A DNA stretch of 32,000 nt from Xanthomonas campestris pv. campestris str. ATCC 33913 (GCF_000007145.1 NC_003902.1:2636497-2668496), one strand, 5' to 3'. Positions 10,656 through 18,532 are shown, numbered from the stretch's first letter. The notes: a model not told the origin generated them from the letters alone. Numbers and translations: made by a program.

Positions 10656-11671
10656 GGGCGGCTCTGACCCACCAGCGCTGCCATGATCGCCTTCTGCACA
10701 TGCAGGCGGTTTTCGGCCTCGTCGATGGCGATGCAATTGGGCGAATCCATCACCGCATCAGTAGCCTTGACGTTGCGACGCAGCGGCAGGCAGTGCGAAA
10801 ACACGCCGTTGTTGGTCAGCGCCATCTTGCGTTCGTCGACGATGAAATGCTGGTACTGGTCGCGGATCGGCTTTTCCGGCTCCCAGTTGCCGAAGAACGG
10901 CAACGCGCCCCAGCTCTTGGCGTACACCACATCGGCGCCGGCATAGGCACTGTCGATGTCGTGGCTGACCTGCAGCGAGCCACCGCTTTCGGCCACGTTC
11001 TGCGCCGCCCAGTCCATGTAGCGCTCGTCCAGGATGTAGTCCGGGGTCGGGCACAGCAGGGTCACGTCCATGCCCATGCGCGTGGCGATGGTCAGTGCCG
11101 AATTGGCTACCGCGGTGTTCAACGGCTTGGGGTGGTAGGTCCAGGTCAACACGTACTTCTTGCCGCGCAGGTCCGGGGTGCCGAAATGCTCCTGCAGCGC
11201 CAGCGCGTGCGCCAGCTCCTGGCACGGGTGGGTAATGGTCTCCATGTTGATCACCGGCACCGGCGAATACTTGGCAAAGCTCTTGAGCACCTGGTCTTCG
11301 CGGTCCTTGGACCAGTCGACGAACTTCGGGAACGCACGCACTCCGATCAGGTCGACGTAGCGCCCCAGCACGCGCGCCACCTCGGCGATGTGCTCCTCGG
11401 TATCGCCGTCCATCACCGTGCCCAGGTTGAATTCGATCGGCCACGCATCCTTGCCCGGCTGCAGCACCACCGCATGCCCACCCAGCTGGAACGCGCCCAG
11501 CTCGAAGCTGGTGCGGGTCCGCATGGACGGGTTGAAGAACACCAGCGCGATCGACTTGCCCTTCAGCTCGCTTCCCAGCTTGTTGCGTTTGAACAACGCG
11601 GCCTGGGTCAACAGCGCATCCAGTTCGGCGCGGCTCCAGTCCTGGGTGTTCAAGAAGTGCTTCAGTGACAT
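10652..11671 (-). CDS. argF': N-acetylornithine carbamoyltransferase (AOTCase type, 339 aa)
   Basis: ORF 10652..11866. I chose the internal ATG at 11669-11671 (MSLKHFLNTQDWSRAELDALL). Motifs SMRTRTSFE and HCLPLRR are present, and the ornithine-type DxxxSMG loop is absent. Length and sequence match my memory of the X. campestris AOTCase. Confidence 0.9.
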   Translation of the reverse strand: MSLKHFLNTQDWSRAELDALLTQAALFKRNKLGSELKGKSIALVFFNPSMRTRTSFELGAFQLGGHAVVLQPGKDAWPIEFNLGTVMDGDTEEHIAEVARVLGRYVDLIGVRAFPKFVDWSKDREDQVLKSFAKYSPVPVINMETITHPCQELAHALALQEHFGTPDLRGKKYVLTWTYHPKPLNTAVANSALTIATRMGMDVTLLCPTPDYILDERYMDWAAQNVAESGGSLQVSHDIDSAYAGADVVYAKSWGALPFFGNWEPEKPIRDQYQHFIVDERKMALTNNGVFSHCLPLRRNVKATDAVMDSPNCIAIDEAENRLHVQKAIMAALVGQSRP

Positions 11672-11774
11672 CGATCGATCCTTTGCTGCGTACTTCTGCT
11701 GCGTGGTCCGCCGCGAGCGGCGGGTTGCGCGGAATGCGCGGTTCTTGCGAGTGAAACTTTTCCCGGGCCCGAAA

Positions 11775-11806
11775 CGAAAAAACCCAGCCGCGGGCTGGGT
11801 TTTCGA
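11775..11806 (-). terminator. rho-independent terminator (minus-strand orientation)
   Basis: Plus strand reads aaaaaacccagccgcgggctgggttttcg. On the minus strand a 7-9 bp GC stem (cccagcc/ggctggg) is followed by ttttttcgtttcg. It lies between the exported-protein gene and argF'. Confidence 0.72.
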
Positions 11807-11980
11807 AACAGGCAGCAAAACGCTCCGGTTACCCAGCGAAAATGTGGGATTCCGGTTGGCGGGCACGCGACGTCATGCCGGAGGCCATCCGGGCGGCGCT
11901 GCTGTCGTGCTGAAAGGCGTTTGCGTGCATAGGGCGCGAATCCTCGCACGCATGCGGGCACGGCGCAACCGCCGCGGGCC

Positions 11981-12496
11981 TCATCGCGGCGGCGCGACGA
12001 TGGCGTCGGGAATGTACGGGGTCACCGAGACCCGGATCCGCAGCCGGTTGCCCGGGTCTTCCGGCAGCCGGGAACGGTATTTGGTGCCCTTGTAGACGTA
12101 GTCCACGTCGAAGGCGATCGGCCGGCGGAACTCGCGCGGCACTTCCACCACCTTGCAGTTGCGCCGCGTGCTGGTCGGCGGCACCGCCGCCGGGGTGGCC
12201 GGCTCGGGCTGGCGCGAGAACATTTCCTTGACCGAATCCATCATCCGGTTGATGCGGCCTTCGCCGGACTCGACGGGCGCAATGGCCACCGCAGCGGCCT
12301 GCTCGGCCTCGCACTGCTCTTCGATGCGGGTGGCGCGCAAGGTCTGGTAGACCGGCTCCACGTTAAGCACCTGGGCATAGTCCAGCTTGACGTTTTCGAT
12401 CACGACCACCCGGTTTTTCACGTCGGGCTCTGCCGCCTGCACCGGCAATGCCTGCCAGGCCAGCACACACAGCATGGAGAACGGGAGAAGTCGCAT
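11981..12496 (-). CDS. exported hypothetical protein (171 aa), possibly YcfJ-like without the glycine-zipper segment
   Basis: ORF 11981..12571. I chose the internal ATG at 12494-12496 (MRLLPFSMLCVLAWQALPVQA/AEP), which gives a signal-peptide-like N-terminus. The segments DYAQVLNVEPVYQ...EEQC and NCKVVEV...FDVDYVYKGTKYRSRLPEDPGNRLRIRV recall YcfJ-type proteins (from memory, unverified). Confidence 0.55.
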   Translation of the reverse strand: MRLLPFSMLCVLAWQALPVQAAEPDVKNRVVVIENVKLDYAQVLNVEPVYQTLRATRIEEQCEAEQAAAVAIAPVESGEGRINRMMDSVKEMFSRQPEPATPAAVPPTSTRRNCKVVEVPREFRRPIAFDVDYVYKGTKYRSRLPEDPGNRLRIRVSVTPYIPDAIVAPPR

Positions 12497-12645
12497 CAGG
12501 ACCAAGGAGGCGGAGCAGAGCAATACGTAAGTGTATGGAGCTTGCGAGACCTTGGGCTGAACGCAGCCCATCCGTTGCCATCGCTTGTCTGCCGGTTCGC
12601 CGCATCGCCGCGACCGGCTAGAATCGCGCAGTTACCCTCGCCAAG

Positions 12646-14019
12646 ATGCCGATGAGCCTGCGCCTGCACAACAACCTGACGCGGCGGGTCGAGCCGTTCG
12701 CACCGCTCGATCCGTCCAGCCCCACCCTGTATGTGTGCGGGCCCACGGTCTACAACTATGCGCATATCGGCAATGCGCGTGGCCCGGTGGTGTTCGATGT
12801 GCTGGCGGCGCTGCTGCGCCGGCGCTATGGCGCGCTGCGCTACGCACGCAACATCACTGACGTGGACGACAAGATCAACGCCGCCGCCCAGGCCCAGGGC
12901 GTGCCGATCTCCACCATCACTGACCGCTTCGCGGCGATCTACCGCCAGGACATGGCCGCGCTCGGTGTGGTGCCGCCGGATATCGAGCCGGAGGCAACCG
13001 CGCACATCCCGCAGATCGTGGCGATGATCGAACAGCTGATCGCCAGCGCGCATGCCTATGCCGCCGAAGGCCATGTGCTGTTCGCGGTGGCCAGCTTTGC
13101 CGACTACGGCAAGCTGTCACGCCGCGATCCCGATGAAATGCTGGCCGGCGCACGCGTCGATGTGGCGCCCTACAAACGCGACCCTGGCGACTTCGTGCTG
13201 TGGAAGCCCTCCAGCGACGACCTGCCCGGCTGGGACTCGCCGTGGGGCCGCGGCCGCCCCGGCTGGCATATCGAATGCTCGGCAATGGCCGCCACGCATC
13301 TCGGGCCGACCATCGACATCCACGCCGGCGGCGTGGACCTGCAGTTCCCGCATCACGAAAACGAAATTGCGCAGAGCGAGTGCGCCCACGGCGGCGCCGT
13401 CTTCGCACGGTTCTGGTTGCACAACGGCATGCTCAACTTCAGCGGCGCCAAGATGAGCAAGTCGCTGGGCAACATCGAGACCGTGCACGACCTGATCGCC
13501 AAGCACCCGCCCGAAGCGCTGCGTTATGCGTTGTTGAGCGCGCACTACCGGCAACCGCTGGACTGGTCGGATGGCTTGATCGAACAGGCCAAGAACACCC
13601 TGGACCGGCTGTACGGCACGCTGCGCGACCTGCATGACGTGGCTGCAAGCGCGGTGATCCCCGCACCGGTCGAGGCCGCGCTGGACGACGACCTCAACAC
13701 CCCGCAGGCGCTGGCCGAAGTGGCGCGCATCGCCGGCGAGGCACGCAAGGCCAATGACGCCGCCGACCGGGCCCGGTTGAAGGCCGAGCTGCTCGGTGCG
13801 GGCCTCGCGTTGGGGCTGCTGCAGCAGGAACCGGCCGCGTGGTTTTCGCGTGGTGCCGACGCCGGCGACGATGCCCGTATCGCCGCCCTGGTCGACGAAC
13901 GCAGCGCGGCGAAAAAAGCCAAGGATTTCGCCCGCGCCGATGCCATCCGCCAGCAGCTGGCCGACGAAGGCATCGTGCTGGAAGACACTGCGCAGGGCGT
14001 GCGCTGGAAGCGCGCATGA
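12646..14019 (+). CDS. cysS: cysteine--tRNA ligase (457 aa)
   Basis: Class I signatures HIGNARG and KMSKS are present, and the translation is CysS-like over its full length. The start could alternatively be the ATG at 12652. Confidence 0.95.
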
Positions 14020-14025
14020 CTTTAT

Positions 14026-14266
14026 TCCCTTCTCCCTCCGGGAGAAGGTGCCCCGCAGGGGCGGATGAGGGTACTAGCGAAGCCACGTGCATCGATTTTT
14101 TTGAGGTAAGCGCGAAGCCACCCGCATCGAACTCCAGCGAAGCTTCGCCCGTACCCTCACCCCAACCCCCGCGCCCCGGCCCGCGCTGGCGGCGCGGGCG
14201 CTCCAAGGCCCGCGCGCCAGTGGCGCGCAAACCGTGCTTTCTCGCTCCGGAGGGAGAGGGGCTTTG
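14026..14266. repeat. REP-like composite palindromic element, copy B (subtype 1, expanded)
   Basis: It has the same left module (ccttctccctccgggagaaggtgccccgcaggggcggatgagggtac) and right module (cgtaccctcaccccaaccccc ... ggagggagaggggcttt) as copy A. The central spacer is longer, with three gcgaagcc/gcgaagct motifs. An extra GC-rich block of about 70 bp (about 14171-14240) lies inside the right hairpin. Confidence 0.75.
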
Positions 14267-14307
14267 ACCGAACGACCCTGGATTTTGCGAATGATTCTGG
14301 AGTATTG

Positions 14308-14745
14308 ATGACCACCACCCCCTTCCCGCTAGAACCCACCGCCGCCGAAGCGCAAGCCACCATCGCCGAGGAGTTTTCCTTCTTCGGCGACTGGTCCGAG
14401 CGCTACCAGTACCTGATCGACCTGGGCCGCAAGCTGCCCACCTTCCCGGAACAGTGGAAGAGCGAAGAACACCGCCTGCACGGCTGCCAGTCGATGGTGT
14501 GGATCGTGCCGGAGGGCAACGCCGAGCGCCTGGACTTCCACGCGGTCAGCGATTCGGCCATCGTCTCCGGCCTGATCTACCTGGCGCTGCGCGTGTACTC
14601 GGGCCGTAGCGCGCAGGAAATCCTGGCGACCGAGCCGGACTACATCGCCGGAATCGGCCTGGCCAAGCACCTCTCACCGACCCGCAGCAATGGCGTGGCC
14701 GCGATGCTGGCCTTCATCCGCGACACCGCCCGCGCGCAGCAGTGA
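14308..14745 (+). CDS. sufE: cysteine desulfuration protein SufE (145 aa)
   Basis: ATG at 14308 is preceded by GGAG at 14299-14302. The translation contains WSERYQYLIDLG and the active-site context LHGCQS. Confidence 0.85.
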   Translation: MTTTPFPLEPTAAEAQATIAEEFSFFGDWSERYQYLIDLGRKLPTFPEQWKSEEHRLHGCQSMVWIVPEGNAERLDFHAVSDSAIVSGLIYLALRVYSGRSAQEILATEPDYIAGIGLAKHLSPTRSNGVAAMLAFIRDTARAQQ

Positions 14746-15992
14746 GCACGCCCACGCCGTCACGGGCAGCCTCGCTGCGCACGCTGCTGACCTACCCCGG
14801 CTTCGGGTTGATCCTGCTGTACCGCGTCAGCGCGATGCTGTCCTACCAGATCGTTGCGGTGACGGTGGGCTGGCACATCTACGAGATCACCCGCAGTCCG
14901 CTGTCGCTGGGATTGATCGGGCTGGCGGAAATCCTGCCGTTCTTCTGCATCGCGCCGTTCGCCGGGTATCTGGTCGACCATCTGCCGCGGCGCCGGCTCG
15001 GCATGACGGCCGCGCTGGGCCTGGTGGCCACCGCCCTGATCCTGACGGCCATCACGCATGGCTGGTTGCCAGTCAACGGCGTGTGGCCGATCTATGCGGC
15101 CATCGCGCTGACCGGCGCCGCGCGCTCGTTCCTGTCGCCGGTGTACAACGCCTTGTTCGCACGCGCCCTGCCGCGCGAGGCCTTCGCGCGTGGCGCCAGC
15201 ATCGGCAGCGTGACCTTCCAGGCCGGCATGGTGATCGGCCCGGCGCTGGGCGGCGTGCTGGTCGCCTGGGGTGGCAAGGGCCTGGCCTATGGCGTAGCGG
15301 CAAGCGTGGCGCTGGTGGCCATCCTGGCGCTGTTCCTGCTGCGCGTGACCGAGCCGGTCAACGCAGGCCCGCGTGCACCGATCTTCCGCAGCATTGCCGA
15401 AGGCGCGCAGTTCGTGTTGTCCAACCAGATCATGCTCGGCGCGATGGCGCTGGACATGTTCTCGGTGCTGCTCGGCGGTGCGGTGTCGATGCTGCCGGCC
15501 TTCATCCACGACATCCTGCACTACGGGCCGGAAGGGCTGGGCATCCTGCGCGGCGCACCTGCGCTGGGCTCGATCCTGGTCGGCGTATGGCTGGCGCGGC
15601 ACCCGCTGCAGCGCAACGCCGGGCGCATCCTGCTGCTGTCGGTGGCCGGGTTCGGGCTGTGCACGATCGCCTTCGGCCTGTCACGCCACTTCTGGTTATC
15701 GGCGGCGATCCTGCTGTCCTACGGCATGTGCGACGGCGTGTCGGTCGTGGTACGCCAGACCATCCTGCAACTGGCCACGCCGGACGCGATGCGCGGCCGG
15801 GTGTCATCGATCAACGGCATTTTCATCGGCTCGTCCAACGAGCTGGGCGCGTTCTACGACGGGGTGATGGCGCGGCTGGTCGGCCTGGTGCCGGCGGTGG
15901 TGATCGGTGGCTGCGTGACCCTGGGCGTGGTGGCGACCACTGCGTGGAAGGCGCCGAAATTGCGCAAGCTGGATCTGCGCGATCTGCAGTAG
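14742..15992 (+). CDS. MFS transporter (416 aa)
   Basis: The GTG at 14742 overlaps the sufE stop (GTGA). The translation is a polytopic hydrophobic protein with about 12 predicted TM segments and an MFS-like loop (DHLPRRRLG). Confidence 0.85.
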   Translation: MSTPTPSRAASLRTLLTYPGFGLILLYRVSAMLSYQIVAVTVGWHIYEITRSPLSLGLIGLAEILPFFCIAPFAGYLVDHLPRRRLGMTAALGLVATALILTAITHGWLPVNGVWPIYAAIALTGAARSFLSPVYNALFARALPREAFARGASIGSVTFQAGMVIGPALGGVLVAWGGKGLAYGVAASVALVAILALFLLRVTEPVNAGPRAPIFRSIAEGAQFVLSNQIMLGAMALDMFSVLLGGAVSMLPAFIHDILHYGPEGLGILRGAPALGSILVGVWLARHPLQRNAGRILLLSVAGFGLCTIAFGLSRHFWLSAAILLSYGMCDGVSVVVRQTILQLATPDAMRGRVSSINGIFIGSSNELGAFYDGVMARLVGLVPAVVIGGCVTLGVVATTAWKAPKLRKLDLRDLQ

Positions 15993-16550
15993 CCGCTACA
16001 TGTAGCGTGGTCGAGTTTGCGTGCGCCTGCTCGCGAAAATGGGCGGCGCAGATACGGCCGTGCGAACAGCCACTACTAGCAATGCGTGACGATGCGTGAC
16101 GCCGCTGGCGCAGTATGGAGAGCCATCGCGACCATAGCGTGGCGCGGACTACCGCAGCGGCTTCTTGGCCACCGGTAGATGGGCTGGCATCTCCATCGAC
16201 GCATGCTCCACGTAGGGCATTGCTGTCGCGTGTGAGGCGTTGCGTGTGCGACTGCTGCACAACGCGCTGCACATCCGCCTCTGGGTCGTGCTTGCAGTAG
16301 CCGCTGCAGTCCGCGCACGCAATAGGGTCGAGAGTGTGCGCCGCCGATCGCGGAAGTAGGCGGCACATACACGGCCGCCTGGACAGCCGCCGCGATCACA
16401 GCGTGGCGCGAACTACCGCCCCCGCTTCTTGGCGATCCATACATTAAGCTGACGTTTCGATCAACGCATGCCCACGTAGGAGCGCGCTTGCGCGCGAAGG
16501 GCATTCCCGGGAACGCCTCTCGCGCGCAAGCGCGCTCCTACAAGTGCGTT
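15985..16550. repeat. degenerate tandem duplication (about 2 x 260-310 bp) of noncoding sequence ending in GTAG-type REPs
   Basis: Both copies start with tgcagtagccgct (15985 and 16293). They share ggtcgag..gtgcgcc, agcc..cgcga.ca.agcgtggcgcg.actaccgc..c.gcttcttggc (16121-16173 versus 16385-16438) and at.cgacgcatgc.ccacgtagg (16193 versus 16459). Confidence 0.55.
16476..16541. repeat. GTAG-type REP pair (inverted dimer)
   Basis: gtaggagcgcgcttgcgcgcga (16476-16497) and its reverse complement tcgcgcgcaagcgcgctcctac (16520-16541) flank a 22-nt spacer. The GTAG-terminated palindrome recalls the SMAG repeats of Stenotrophomonas. Confidence 0.75.
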
Positions 16551-17359
16551 GCTTTTGGTTGTGAAGCTTCGATGCGCGCGCAACCGCGACACAACTACTG
16601 GCTGGGTCCTCCAGCAACGCCCGCAAACCCGCGGCCTCGCCTTCATTGGCCGCCCTAGCGATCAGCGCCTGCACGCCTGATCGGTAGGCCGTCTGCTGCG
16701 TCTGTGCGGCCGGCACCGCCACGTCGGGGATCACGCCACTGCGCTCCAAATTGCCGCGGGTGATCGGGCTCACTAACCGGGCGTAGGGCACCACCGCAAC
16801 AACCTGGTTACTGATCTTGAAGCCGCGGCTTGGATGCGCACCGCCAGCGGTGACCTCGCCCACCACCGTGGCGCGCGCCAGCGCCTGCAGCGCATACGCA
16901 ACGTCCTCGGCTGCCCAAAAGGTCTACTGGCTGTTCAGGAGGTACACCGGTTTGCTGCCACCAAAAGCCTGCCCTGGCAGACCCGGCGTGGTCCAGGCCT
17001 GCTCGGTCACTCCGCCCTTGCGGGTCACGATGTCGTGCAAGCGCACGCGCGTGTCGAACCGATAGCTGGCCAGCTACGCCACCATCGCCGGGTCGCTGGG
17101 TCGCTGGGTCGCTGGGTCGCCGGGTCGCTGGGTCGCCGGGTCGCCGGGTCGCCGGGTCGCCGCCACCGTTATCGCGCAGGTCAATGATCAGCGCATCGGT
17201 ATTAGCGACGAAGTCCGTCGCCGAACTCGCGGTCGCTGCGGCCAGGTACGGGTAGGCGAAGAGGCGGAACTTCTCGTAGCCGATGTTGCCGGGCAGGCGC
17301 TGGACCTTGTCGAATGCGAAGTTGCCCTTGACCACCGCCGGGTGCGTAGCCCACGACAA
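16545..17359 (-). pseudogene. S41-family peptidase remnant (5'-truncated, frameshifted, two in-frame stops)
   Basis: ORF fragments 16808..17359 and 16444..16866 together read ...GNIGYEKFRLF...ALIIDLRDNGGG / [repeat] / MVA*LASYRFDTRVRLHDIVTRKGGVTEQAWTTPGLPGQAFGGSKPVYLLNSQ*TFWAAEDVAYALQALARATVVGEVTAGGAHP...PITRGNLERSGVIPDVAV. In-frame TAG codons lie at 17074-17076 and 16924-16926. The reading frame changes across the 8-mer array. Confidence 0.8.
17090..17161. repeat. octanucleotide tandem repeat, 9 copies of GGGTCGCY
   Basis: I counted the units directly: gggtcgct x3, gggtcgcc, gggtcgct, gggtcgcc x4, plus a partial unit (tcgcc) at 17085-17089. Confidence 0.93.
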
Positions 17360-17382
17360 AAGCCCCGCACTAGGCGGGGCTT
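17355..17382 (-). terminator. rho-independent terminator of dksA
   Basis: Plus strand reads caaaagccccgcactaggcggggctt. On the minus strand the stem gccccgc/gcggggc is followed by ttttgtcg. It lies about 35 nt after the dksA stop. Confidence 0.78.
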
Positions 17383-17416
17383 GGTCGCAATAGTAGACAA
17401 CCGCCCTAACGGGTGA

Positions 17417-18442
17417 TCAGTCGCCCTGCTGCTTCTGCAGGTGTTCCCAACGCTCCTGGGCGTCGATGGTGCGCTCGGCGGTCAGGCGCGCCTCCAGGCG
17501 GTCCAGGCCGATCTCTTCGCCGGTGTCTACGCAGTAGCCGTAGTCGCCGTCTTCCAGACGCTTGAGCGTGCTGTCGATCTTGGAGATCAACTTGCGTGCA
17601 CGGTCGCGCGCGCGCAACTCGAGCGAGTTCTCGGTTTCGCGGGTGGCACGTTCGGCTTCGTCGCCGATGTCACGCACTTCTTCGCGCAGGTTCTCGATGG
17701 TCTGCTTGGACTCTTCCACCATCTCGTTGCGCCAACGCTGCAGGCGCTGACGGAAGTACTCCTGCTGCAGCTTGCTCATGTACTCCTCGTCCGCGGAGGG
17801 CTTGTAGCCCTGCGGCAGGATCGGGCGGCCGGTGGTTTCGTCGGTCTTGTAGTCGACGACCTTGTACTTGGCCTTCGGGGTCGAGCCCGACGGTTTGGAG
17901 GTCACGGCCACAGCCACCTTGCCGACCGGACGGGTCGCGGCGGGCTTGGCGGGGGCTTCGGTTTTGGTTGGCGTTTTTGCTGAGGATTTCGAAACGGGCA
18001 CGGGATTCTTGGATGACGGGGTCGCAGACTTCGCCGGCTTCGCAGGGACGGCCTTGGAGGCCGGTGCGGGCGCGGGCTTGGCAGCCTTGACCGGGACTGA
18101 CTTGGCCGGAGCCGGCGTGGTGGCCGGCTTCGGTACGGACTTGGTGGCCACCGGCTTGGTGACCGGCTTGGCGGCAGCCGGAGCTGCCTTGCTCGCCGCC
18201 GGCTTGGCAGCACTCTTGGCGACGGGTTTCACGGGCTTGGGCGCTGCGGGTTTCGAGGCCGGCGCCGGCTTGGCAGCGGTCTTGGTCGCAGGTGCCTTCT
18301 TGGCAACCGGTTGCTTGGCGGCCGGGGTCGCCTTCTTGGCGGCCGGCTTGGCAGCGGCAGGCGCCGCGGCCTTCTTGGCAACAGGCTTGGCGGACTTCTT
18401 GGCGGCCTGGACGGCCTTTTGTGCAGTTTTTTTAGCAGCCAC
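17417..18442 (-). CDS. dksA: DksA-family RNA polymerase-binding factor with long Ala/Lys/Pro-rich N-terminal extension (341 aa)
   Basis: GTG start at 18440-18442 is preceded by aaggaagag. The C-terminal roughly 140 aa are DksA-like: the coiled-coil tip DIGDEAERA (DxxDxA), NSLELRARDRARKLISKI and YGYCVDTGEEIGLDRLEARLTAERTIDAQE. The N-terminal roughly 190 aa are low-complexity AAKPA/KPV repeats. Confidence 0.85.
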   Translation of the reverse strand: MAAKKTAQKAVQAAKKSAKPVAKKAAAPAAAKPAAKKATPAAKQPVAKKAPATKTAAKPAPASKPAAPKPVKPVAKSAAKPAASKAAPAAAKPVTKPVATKSVPKPATTPAPAKSVPVKAAKPAPAPASKAVPAKPAKSATPSSKNPVPVSKSSAKTPTKTEAPAKPAATRPVGKVAVAVTSKPSGSTPKAKYKVVDYKTDETTGRPILPQGYKPSADEEYMSKLQQEYFRQRLQRWRNEMVEESKQTIENLREEVRDIGDEAERATRETENSLELRARDRARKLISKIDSTLKRLEDGDYGYCVDTGEEIGLDRLEARLTAERTIDAQERWEHLQKQQGD

Positions 18443-18532
18443 GAAACGCTCTTCCTTGGTTCCCCCGGGGCCCGGGAAAGCGGGCCTTTATAGCCTACCC
18501 CACAGACCCCCGGCAACCACGTATTAATCCAA

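Noticed and set aside
8871-10667. 598-aa plus-strand ORF, the longest in the track
   Set aside because: It lies entirely antisense to argG and the OsmC-like gene, starts inside a REP element, and translates to low-complexity Arg/Ala/Gly-rich sequence with no motifs. This is the typical shadow ORF of a high-GC genome.
11872-11952. Arg-rich mini-ORF MRARIRALCTQTPFSTTAAPPGWPPA on the minus strand upstream of the arg array, considered as an attenuation leader peptide
   Set aside because: It has no Shine-Dalgarno sequence, and it lies upstream of the strong terminator rather than between the promoter and argF'. Three Arg codons are unremarkable in this GC-rich sequence, and I could not identify an alternative terminator/antiterminator pairing.
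12596-12624. Possible cysS promoter (TTCGCC -35, 17-nt spacer, TAGAAT -10 at 12619-12624)
   Set aside because: The -10 hexamer is good but the -35 is weak, and there is no supporting evidence. It is too speculative to list as a feature.
13694-14363. ORFs crossing the cysS-sufE spacer (13694..14230, 14157..14363 minus; 13839..14267 plus)
   Set aside because: They are composed of antisense cysS sequence plus REP copy B. The PSPSGRRCPAGADEG-type peptides are the known false translations of this repeat family.
17085-17161. Tandem repeat arrays (8-mer here, 7-mer at 21204, 5-mer at 21599) considered as CRISPR
   Set aside because: The units are 5-8 bp with no spacers, and there are no cas genes in the window. 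These are microsatellites, not CRISPR.
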